Source: Akkermansiaceae bacterium (GTDB lineage Bacteria > Verrucomicrobiota > Verrucomicrobiia > Verrucomicrobiales > Akkermansiaceae). Taken from it: a stretch of 64,000 nt of DNA. The notes beneath the pieces are model-generated. The model had not been told where the DNA came from. It saw nothing but the letters and a program-made list of their open reading frames with translations, and did no database searches. Of this stretch, positions 1 to 9,115 are shown piece after piece. Every line of letters starts with the position of its first letter. Position 1 is the stretch's first letter. The stretch spans positions 5,692 to 69,691 of the forward strand of contig JANPJY010000002.1 in the NCBI GenBank assembly GCA_031425735.1, given 5' to 3'. Position numbers and translations under genes: made by a program.

Positions 1-821
1 GCGCGCTGCAGGTTTCGCCGATTTCCTACTGCGTTCCCTTCATGGCGCTCACGCCTGTTTTCCTGCTGCCCGCAGGGGTGATTTTCCTGGGTGAATCCGT
101 CTCCGGTGGAATGATCGTTGGCGTGGCACTCGTGGTCATTGGCTCGCTTGTGGTTAATCGCCAATTGTTTGCCAAAGGTCCGCTCGAACCGCTCCGCGCC
201 ATGATCCGCGAGCCCGGCAGCCGCTACATGGTCATCGTCGCCGCGCTGCTCACCGTCACCAACCTGCTCGCCAAGTGGTTCCTCGTTTCTGACGGTGGTG
301 CCGTTACCTTTGCCGACAAGATGCAACTCGCGCTCACCCTGGCGGTCGGCAAGTGCGTGATGCTCGCCATCTTTTTCATCCTGCTTGTCATCGTCAATCA
401 AGGCGTCCGCCGGGCCCGCTCGGTCGCCGCGATCCCATGGACCGGCGTGTTGCGCCAGTCGCCAATGTGGCTGATCATGGCAGGGGTGCTCGAGGCACTG
501 GTACTCGTTCTGATGCTCGTCGCGATGCAGTTTGCCGTGGCGGCTGTGGTCGTCAGCATCAAGCGCTCGGCGGTGATTTGGTCGGTCTTGTTAGGATGGC
601 TGATGTTTAAGGAACGCAACATCGGCGACCGTCTGATCGCCGCGGCCGTGATGGCTGCCGGGGTGTTAGTCTTTTTTCTCAACAGACCGGACGCCGCTGG
701 AAATGCGATCATCGAAACCCAAGGTGCCTTGGTCTTCGGAGCCGTGGCTCTGGTATTGATGGCCATCGCCCTGCGTTTCACCAGCGACACAAAGGAAGAA
801 ACGATCAAATCCGACGATTAA
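1..821 (+). CDS. DMT/EamA-family transporter, 5' end outside the window
   Basis: The frame of ORF 42..821 stays open back to base 3. The protein is polytopic and hydrophobic, with an EamA-like helix motif (PAGVIFLGE). Confidence 0.7.
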   Translation, partial: ALQVSPISYCVPFMALTPVFLLPAGVIFLGESVSGGMIVGVALVVIGSLVVNRQLFAKGPLEPLRAMIREPGSRYMVIVAALLTVTNLLAKWFLVSDGGAVTFADKMQLALTLAVGKCVMLAIFFILLVIVNQGVRRARSVAAIPWTGVLRQSPMWLIMAGVLEALVLVLMLVAMQFAVAAVVVSIKRSAVIWSVLLGWLMFKERNIGDRLIAAAVMAAGVLVFFLNRPDAAGNAIIETQGALVFGAVALVLMAIALRFTSDTKEETIKSDD

Positions 822-854
822 ATTCCCTCCCAAACAATCTCACTAACCAATTAT

Positions 855-1658
855 ATGACAAATTCCACAAAATCATTATTCCGCCTTACTAGCCTCGTGC
901 TCGCCCTCGTTGCGTGTCCCAATCTTACCTTCGCGGAGGAAGCCGTCGCGCCACCAACACCCCCGCCCAAGGTTGCCAAAGTGCGCTGGAATCCCGCCGA
1001 GCCGCTCAAGTATGAGGGCTGCAAGAGCTACGATTATCCGGGTCGCCATGCCTCCATCCTTGCACTTAAAAAAGAAATCAACCCCGAAGTGGTATTCATC
1101 GGCGACTCGATCACTCATCATTGGGGCGGCCAGCCTGGCAGTCGCCTTCGGGATGGCGAGAAGGTCCTGAAATCGGACCTCGGCGCCTACCGCACTCTGA
1201 ATCTTGGCTTCGGCCATGATCGCACCCAGCACGTCATCTGGCGGCTGCAAAATGGCGAAATCGATGATATCAACCCCAATTGGGTGGTCATCAATATCGG
1301 CACGAACAATCTCAACGATGGCAACACTGCCGTTGAGATCATGTCCGGCATCCGTGTTATTTGCGCCGAGGTGCAGAAGCGCACCCCCAAAGCCCGCGTC
1401 GTGCTGATGTCAGTCTTCCCGCGCGAGCGCAACCCAACTCATGGTCGGCGCAAGATTATTGCGGATCTTAGTAAACTCATCGGCACCTATTCGGAGGAAC
1501 AAAAATTCATCAACATTGATCTCGCACCGCAATTTGTTCCTGAGGATGGCATCATTCCGCCCGCGCTGATGCCGGACGCACTGCATCTCAGCGCGGAAGG
1601 TTATAAGATCTGGGCCAAGGCCCTGTTAGAGGTCTTCCAGAGCAAGCCCGAGCGATGA
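855..1658 (+). CDS. Secreted SGNH/GDSL-family hydrolase (esterase)
   Basis: Has a signal peptide. SGNH blocks are present: FIGDSITHHWGG, GFGHDRT, INIGTNNL and DALHLSAEGY. Confidence 0.85.
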   Translation: MTNSTKSLFRLTSLVLALVACPNLTFAEEAVAPPTPPPKVAKVRWNPAEPLKYEGCKSYDYPGRHASILALKKEINPEVVFIGDSITHHWGGQPGSRLRDGEKVLKSDLGAYRTLNLGFGHDRTQHVIWRLQNGEIDDINPNWVVINIGTNNLNDGNTAVEIMSGIRVICAEVQKRTPKARVVLMSVFPRERNPTHGRRKIIADLSKLIGTYSEEQKFINIDLAPQFVPEDGIIPPALMPDALHLSAEGYKIWAKALLEVFQSKPER

Positions 1659-1933
1659 CCGGCGCGGCGTGGCGATGTGGCTGGGTGTAAATCTCGGTTT
1701 CATCGCCTAGAGCGTGACCGATCACATGCAGAGAACTGGATTGGCATGGTCGCAAAATTTGAACTGCGTCCGCGTGCTGCGCATCGAGAAAGCAAGGATC
1801 GAGCCAGCGGTCCTTGAGTGTTTCCTGCTAGTGGAAGCTGCTAGCGCGGCGTCAGCGCCGCAAGAAGGACAGCCATCAGCGAAAAGAAGAGAGGTCACGC
1901 GATGGTGAAGTTTTTCATGAGGTCCGCTTCTAA

Positions 1934-2158
1934 TTGTTTTACGGGGTGGAAACACGGATACGGAGGAAGCGACGCGGCGGGTCGGCGTCGGCAATTTTGA
2001 CTGGGTCGGCGACGGTGACGGTCTGGCCGACGACACCAGGGTTGGTGGCGATAATTACCCAACTGTCGGGATTCGAATTTGTAGATTATGCGAGGGCTAT
2101 CGTGGGCGAGTCAGATGGATTGCCCGGAGGAAACCGGTGTTGGGCTTTGCCAGATTAG
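1934..2158 (+). pseudogene. Possible decayed fragment of an SGNH-hydrolase paralog
   Basis: The ORF tail FEFVDYARAI matches EFVDYASAI in the remnant at 6989..7138. The nucleotide string gaatttgtagattatgc is shared (2075 vs 7001). No catalytic blocks remain. Confidence 0.25.
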
Positions 2159-2627
2159 CGTGGCGAGTATCGACCGGCTGCTCCGCAGGTTCAAAATTAC
2201 GGCCGGGAAATGATCCGTACATCCAAGCCAGCCATTGCGGCCAAGGCGCTGGTTGAACTTCGTGCCCAAAGTTGGAACACCAGCGAGGTGGGTGAACCGA
2301 GGTAAACACGGTGGCCTATTGCGGCGGCGGCATGGGCAGGGATTTCATTTGGACACTCACCAGCGTGGAAACCGTAAGTATGCACTGCTGTGGTCATTTC
2401 CACCCCCGTCCAACTTTTCAACCCCCCACCCGCAAATCCCCGCATACTCCACAACACTGCTTTTGCAGGGGCACCGCTGCCCCGCATCGTTCTCGCACCA
2501 TCCGCCCTCTTCTCAGTGAACCTTTCCCGCGCCCCCTCCAACGCCTCATTCACGAAACACTTGCCTCCAAACTCTTTAAAAGTAAAGCGATCCAACCTGG
2601 CCGAAGTGTGGATGCCGTTGAGGTGCC

Positions 2628-5600
2628 TCAAGGAGCAAAGACTCGCACACGATAGAATAAACTTCCGCTTTCTGGAGGATCGAGATCCTCCAGAGTGATC
2701 ATTTGGTCGCCTGGCAAGGTTGCAGTTTGTGTGATGTTCATCCATGTGGTCGGCGCTAACAAGTTGAATGTGCGCTCAAGATGATAGACACGGCCCGCAC
2801 GGGCGGAGACTGTGACCCGATTGAGGTTGGGCAGCACGAATGGCTCAAAGCTTGAGATTGAGAAGAAATCGGAGACGTCCAGTGGATTGGTGCCCGCCTC
2901 ATACTCCCATGAGTTGATCCTGCCATCACCGTCGGGGTCCTTGTCATTGCCGATAATGTTGGGATCTGTAATACCTTCCAGATAGGCTGTCTGCCATGCC
3001 AGGCGAGCATTGATATTGACCGAAACTGACTTGACCATCACCTGGCCATTCGCATCGACAATATAGACGGTGATAAGAGCAGATCCCTGTATTCCGGCAT
3101 TCGGAGTGAAGGTAAGGATGCGGTTTGTTCCGCTTCCCGTCACAATCAAATTCTGGTTCGGGATGAGCATATTGTTCGACGAAACGGCATAGATGCCGGA
3201 GTTCGAGGAGGACAGCGTGAGTGCCAAGGCCATCGGCACACCAGGCACCGCGACATCGGCTGCCGCGACCGTGACGGAGGGTGCCCCGGCCTGTCGGAAG
3301 CGAAAAGTTCGGGTAATGGCATTGTCGCGTAGAGCCGGGATATCCTGATAAGCTGCGCTGTCGAGTCGCACGTTAATTGTCAACTGCCAAGTGCCGCTTT
3401 CAGGTTCGTAATCGGCCTGCCAGGCATTGCCGCCGCCGGTTGTCGAGTCGAGGGCGACCCAGGCAGATCCTTTGTATTCCTCCAATAATGGGCTGCGATA
3501 ATCGGAAATCCCAGTCAGGGTGATGGGCACATAACCGATTCCACCGGTAATGCTGAATTCAGCGGTATTGTTCGATGCCTGAATTTGAACCGGATAGCTT
3601 TTTTCCAGTGAGCCGGTGGACACGTTCACCGACAGATCGTTTCCGAGAGCTTCGCGCATGACCATGCTGTGCTGGTTGCCATAATTCTGCATCGCGGTGC
3701 GAAAATGTTCGTCCTCTCCATAGTAGGCACTTGCAGCCTGCCCGAAGTAAACGCGCTCAATCTCGGCTTCGATGTAGTCACCCGCCTTAAGAGCGGTCAC
3801 ACCCGGAGGCGGAACCAGATCGACGCGAGAACCACTGGCCTTAAAATAGGGGCTCACATTGTCTATCCCATTGATACGCGCCTTCCAAGAGCGAATAATG
3901 AACCCCCGTTGAGCTCCGGTTTGGCTTTTGACATATGGGTCAACACGACAATTCAGGGTGGAAAACCAGGGGAGCTTGCCCGTCAGTTGAACCGGAGTGG
4001 AGGGCCCGCCGGTGGTCCATTGAGTGGTCGGGGTCAAATTCCCAGCGTAGCCGTATGCATGCTCCGAGCCGCCATTATAGTTGTAACTATCTGCAGCCAT
4101 CTGAAAGAAAACCATCCTGGTAAAAGAAGCGTCGCCTTTCACGTCATAGCGGATTTTGTGACGGCCCCGGACGTAGTCGTTCGAGCGATAGATACTGGTG
4201 CTGTATTTGAAATCGATGAGGGAGTTGTCGGTTTCCCCCGCATAGGTGACATCCGTCAGATTGGGGCCATAACGCTGATAGTGGCTGCGGATCCGTTTAT
4301 GGTAACGTCTTACATTCCCCGCATCTTGGTAACGCAAGAAATCGCAACCGCCGTAATTCCCCGTCCATTGTTTCTGGGCTCCGGTATCACTTAAAAGGAG
4401 AATTGGGCGTGAATCGGTACCGATGGCACCGGCCAGTGCCGAATCCGGATCGTAAACCAGATTTTCTCCCCAGGCGCCGATGGCGGATTCATCCCACTGG
4501 TGGTCGCCGCCCGTGCCGCCCCAACCAACCAAACAGAGCTGGGCATGAGTGACCGCCGGTACCCCAGCATAATTTGTCCGACAATGTATGCTTCGAATTG
4601 CAGTGTGGCGTTGGGCGGCACGATCAGCATGGTCAATGCGTTGAACCACCCACCTATCCAGCGGTCGGTGGTACTTGTGTGCCAGTTCTTCGAATGCTGA
4701 ACGGGAATACCCAGTGGATTCCCATCCATATCTCTCAGAAAACAGGAATTGCCGGCTCCGTTAGGAAAGTCTCCTTTGGTGAACGCAAGCCGTGCGATTT
4801 GAGGGGAATTCGTGGTGTTTGCCAGCGTCACCCGGGTGCGCTCAATTCGGTTCGAGTCAGTGCCACTCACATTGGTGCGTAGCGGAATTTCGAAATAGCC
4901 ATAATCTAATTTGTAACTCGGAGTGAGCGTGGCGGAGGTCGGAGCCGTCTGGGACGCCGTAACGGTCAGGCTGCGGCTTTCGATTTGGTCGGCCTCGGGA
5001 AGGGTTTGCGCCACCTTGTTGGATGGATAGATGACCAAACCAACAGAACGGTCCTGATCGGCATTCCATGTGCCCGCATCGGTTTCGATAGTGACACTGG
5101 AATTGGATGGATCGACGCTAATCGAACCACTTGCGGAACTCTTGAAGACCACATAGCCACTGCCATCGTCCGCAGAGAGAGCCTGCGCCACTCCGCGGCT
5201 CGAAAGTTCGTCGAAAATACTGTTCAGATTCAAGGTCATTTTCAACTTGCCCCCAGTGACAGATGCGGTGGGGACCACCCGACAAATGATGGAGATCCGG
5301 TCGGGCCAGGCAATGATCTCGTAGCCACTTCTAAGGGTATTAAGGGCGGGAGCTGAGTTGGTTTTAATTTTCACCCAGCGCCGTTGGTAAAATTTTCCGT
5401 TATTCAGCACTTGAGTGTTTTTCGTGTTGGTCGCATTCGGCTGAATCGAGACGGTTGAACCCGATGCGGTCAAGGTGGTCGTGAGACTGGACGACGGTGC
5501 AGAAGCTGGAAAACTTTCGCTCTGCGGCTGAACCAATGCCGTAGTTTCCGGAAGCCTTTCCTCCAGCGGGAATATCGAGGTGAGACTGAGTGAACCACTA

Positions 5601-6838
5601 TTAAAGGTCATGGCGTAACGACTCGTTTGCACGTGCCACACCGCTTGTCCACGTGCGCCACCGGTCCACCAAGTGGTGCCGTAGTCACGGACCGCAGCAA
5701 AAGCGGCGGGGAGCAAGGTATTTACCTTGGAAGTAAATGTGGCCTGAACCACCGAGGAGGAGGCTGACGCCACGGAAGAGAAAGAAGTTATCCTGTAACT
5801 GTAAGTGGTGTTCGGCTCGACGAAGATGTCCCGATAGCGATTCGTCCCGGTTGGGAGGGTGGATAACAGGGTCCAGTTACCTCCAGCCTTTAACCGCTCC
5901 ACTCGATAACCGTTAGGAAGATTACTGGGTTCATTCCAAAAAAGATCAATGCCCGAGGGTCCCAGAGGGATCGCCGTCAAACCTGTCGCCACGGCAATGG
6001 ATGTCGAGTATCCCAATGTGAACGTGAGGCTGTCATTCATATTGATCCAAGAACCCGTGCTGGTGAAATTTGCATGTCGCTTGAAGCCCCAGACCAGTTG
6101 ATCTTCCTGCGAGAGACTCAAGGGAACCAGCGCCTGTGCTCCTGAGTAATCGCGGATATTTCCGGGTGTAGTCCCCCCATTGGGCACAAAAACAGCGGAG
6201 TCCAGGATCTGCCAACTGCTGTCCGCTGCCCGCCGCAAGGCCAGAACATAATCCACTGCGGCGGTATTGACTCCGCCACCACCTCGCCAAGCAACCGTTC
6301 CACCGATCTCAATGACGGCGTTATCCAGCGGACATGTCCAGACCGCGAGCGGTGCATTGGCAATGTCGTTGTTGTAGAGTTGGGCGGCTGTTTGACTAAA
6401 GTAGGGCAGCTTCGAGCCACTTAGAAACACAGGATTGCCAAACCAATCCCCCGCCGTCATCTGCGTGCGTGCATTGATCCACCATTTGTTCGTGACTGCG
6501 TCATTGATGAGACTCCCCCCGGATACATACGTATAATTCCAGACGGAGGCTCCTTGATCATCCAGTTTGCTCGAGACGGCTGGAGAGGATCCGTTTAATG
6601 TCCAATTTGTGGCCCGCGCCCACACATAGCCATTGTTATAGCCGGGTGCGTGCTGCGCAATCGCGGAAGTCACTCCGCACCACCACAAAGTCGCCCAGAG
6701 TGCGCACAGGTAACAGTGCTGGAGGAAGGAGCGGGACGGGCAGAAGCGAGCGCGAATGCAACAACTGATAAAAGCTGAGGGGAGAACTAGGTGAAACATG
6801 GCGAAGAAAGCGCCCGCTGGATTAATGTGGTTTTTCAT
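2628..6838 (-). pseudogene. Giant secreted FN3-containing protein gene, one reading frame split by a frameshift near 4571-4576
   Basis: ORFs 4391..6838 and 2628..4649 overlap by 259 nt in different frames. The upstream frame turns into junk after ...LQFEAYIVGQ. The downstream frame becomes protein-like from NYAGVPAVTHAQL at the same place. The total span of 4211 nt is not a multiple of 3. It has an FN3 domain (GIDLFWNEPS...YSYRITSF) and a C-terminal DKDPDGDG calcium-binding-like motif. Confidence 0.55.
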
Positions 6839-6988
6839 TTGGATTTTTAATAATGGAGGGGGAAGTTGGCGGACCGGAAGTCGACTAAGGTTAGGAGACG
6901 TAAGCTCCAGTTAAGCCTCGGTTGCCGATATAAATGGTTTTTTGCCGAACCTTGTAACTATTAGAGATAAGCTGGGTCACGTATACCG

Positions 6989-7138
6989 ATGAATCGATTT
7001 GAATTTGTAGATTATGCATCGGCTATCCGCCGCTATTTGCCAGCGGGTGTTATCGACGCACTGCACCTTAGCGCGGAAGGTTATAAGCTCTGGGCTAAGG
7101 CTTTGTTAGAGGTCTTCCAGAGCAAGCCCGAGCGATGA
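6989..7138 (+). pseudogene. 49-codon 3' remnant of an SGNH-hydrolase paralog
   Basis: Translates to MNRFEFVDYASAIRRYLPAGVIDALHLSAEGYKLWAKALLEVFQSKPER. The last 84 nt (7055..7138) match 1575..1658 at 78/84 by hand count, including the stop codon. Confidence 0.7.
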
Positions 7139-7169
7139 ATTTCAAGATCGGGAACTTTGGATGTTAGAT

Positions 7170-9047
7170 CTAACGGTTTCGTTCGGTAACGGACCAGCGC
7201 TCGAAATCGTAGGTGCGGACGCTTCGCCCGTCGGTGACAGTTAGGGTGGATTCGTTTTTCTGCGAGGTCCACGGGCTCTCGGAAATCGGCCAAGTCGCGT
7301 AGTTGATGGCATCGCCGTTGACTGTATCCTCGCCGTCGAAGACGCAGGTGAGCACATCGCCGTGGCGGTTGCGGTAGGTGCCGGAGGCGGGCTTCGGTTG
7401 TGCAAGACTGATAGAGGACTTGGCCAGGATTTTCTTGCGGAACTCGTTGAGTGTTTCCTGCGCGGTGGCGGCTGGAAACTCCGAGGGCCGCGCGGTTTCG
7501 ATGGCGATGGCGAGTGCCGGGGCTTTGACGCGGAATTCGGAATCGCCCTCGCGTGGAGTTGATGCTGGGGCGAGGATGCCGGCGGCGGGATTCCAATCGA
7601 AGCGCTCGCTAGAGGAAACGGCGATGAGCACGCTGCCGTAGTGGAGGAAGATCCGACCGGACTCGCTGCTGTCGTTGATCATCGCTCGGTGGCCGCCGGG
7701 CACGTATCCGAGCGCGTAGGGGAAGCGGTTGTCTTCTTCGATCTGGAAGACGAACAGCAGGGCGTCGCGGCCGAGGACCTCCTGTTCGAACGTGCGCACG
7801 CCGTGGGTGTGGATGCCCATTTCGTCCGGTTTGTCGGCGGATGGATTGGTGATCCAAAGATGACTGCCTTTCGCGGTGGCATCGGGTTCCTCCCACATGA
7901 CGCCGCAGGGATAGCTCTGCCCCTGCCAAGGGCGGCCACCGATCTTTGCTGAGCGGGAGAACAGGGCGTAGTCGCGATTCACATAATGATTGAGGGCGAA
8001 GCCATTGATGCGGGCACGGTAGAAGTAGGGCTCGCTGCGGTCGGCCGCTGCGTGCGTGATGACGGGTGGAATTCTGAAGTCGCTGACCGCCGCGGAGGCG
8101 GCTGCCTGGGCTTTCTGGAGATCAGGGGAAACGCCGCCGAAGTAGAGCCACGGCAAGGTCGCAAAACCCCAGGGTTTTTGCGACTCGATGTCCGGATACG
8201 AGCGCGGCGCGAAGGTGGCGAGGTGGCCGCGCAGCCACGCTGGCGCGATCTGCACGAGGCAAACCTCGTAGGCGATACGGGCGCGGTTGGCTAAATCCTT
8301 GTCCTTCGCACAGTCGGCGAGGCTGAGCAGCGGCAGCACGTTCTGCGCTCCATAGGGCCGGGAGGCAAATTCGCCCGGCCCGCCGCGCACGGTTGAGTCG
8401 ATGATCTGGCGAAGATATAACTCGCCGGATTCATCGCCGCCGGTAAACCGTGTACCCCAGACTTGGCCAGGCATCGGTTTTTTGATTTTGCCGGTCATTT
8501 CCTGGATGTAAGGATCCTTCTCCATGAAATACGGATCCGCTTTGAAGGAGTCTGGTCCCCAGACCTGCGTGGCGAGATAGCGGGTGAGCGCAGCCATGAT
8601 CTTGTGGTTGCTGGTGGAGAGCTTCGCATAGAACACGCCGCCAGTGTAAATCCGGCGGTAGCGCTCGCGGGTCGGCGCATCGATAAAACGCTCGTACCGG
8701 ATATAACAATCGATGCCCGGCCATGCGATGAAGCCGGTATTGCCGCCGTGCATCCAGCGATTGATCTTGTTGCCGGGTTCGAGGGCGTCGAGGCCCTTGT
8801 TGAGCATTTCGTTGCCTTCTCGCTCGCGGCCGAGTGCAAAGAGGCAGGCCGCGCGCATGAACTTCTCGCTGCCCTCGTTGGCAAAGGTTTCCAGCAGCGC
8901 CTTCCTCCTGCCCTCGAAGGAGGAAAGGTCGGAGGCATGCGCGGCCGGGATCGGCAAAGCTGCGGACACGCCGCCGGCGCTCGATGGTGGCTCAGCCGCT
9001 AAAGCTGTGGCCGCGAGGCCGGCGAGTTTGAGTAGGATAGCCCTCAT
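7170..9047 (-). CDS. Secreted protein of unknown family, paralog of 9116..11788
   Basis: 625-aa ORF with a signal peptide (MRAILLKLAGLAATALAA). It shares long conserved blocks with the neighbouring gene, e.g. RPYGAQNVLPLLSLADCAKDKDLA. Confidence 0.8.
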   Translation of the reverse strand: MRAILLKLAGLAATALAAEPPSSAGGVSAALPIPAAHASDLSSFEGRRKALLETFANEGSEKFMRAACLFALGREREGNEMLNKGLDALEPGNKINRWMHGGNTGFIAWPGIDCYIRYERFIDAPTRERYRRIYTGGVFYAKLSTSNHKIMAALTRYLATQVWGPDSFKADPYFMEKDPYIQEMTGKIKKPMPGQVWGTRFTGGDESGELYLRQIIDSTVRGGPGEFASRPYGAQNVLPLLSLADCAKDKDLANRARIAYEVCLVQIAPAWLRGHLATFAPRSYPDIESQKPWGFATLPWLYFGGVSPDLQKAQAAASAAVSDFRIPPVITHAAADRSEPYFYRARINGFALNHYVNRDYALFSRSAKIGGRPWQGQSYPCGVMWEEPDATAKGSHLWITNPSADKPDEMGIHTHGVRTFEQEVLGRDALLFVFQIEEDNRFPYALGYVPGGHRAMINDSSESGRIFLHYGSVLIAVSSSERFDWNPAAGILAPASTPREGDSEFRVKAPALAIAIETARPSEFPAATAQETLNEFRKKILAKSSISLAQPKPASGTYRNRHGDVLTCVFDGEDTVNGDAINYATWPISESPWTSQKNESTLTVTDGRSVRTYDFERWSVTERNR

Positions 9048-9115
9048 CTTATGGCTTGGATTCGACTTTGAGGATGGGCAGGAGTCGGGTGATCATGTGG
9101 TTGATGGATGATCTA

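Noticed and set aside
2197-2745. A 182-aa minus-strand ORF (and 1722..2036) in the degenerate region.
   Set aside because: It overlaps the 3' end of the giant gene, has odd composition, no motifs and no sensible start context. It is treated as non-coding or decayed DNA.
4391-4649. The 259-nt overlap of the two large ORFs as a genuine gene overlap or programmed ribosomal frameshift.
   Set aside because: Both overlapping tails translate to junk on the wrong side of position ~4573. I saw no slippery heptamer plus downstream structure. A simple indel explains it better. A programmed event cannot be excluded without data.
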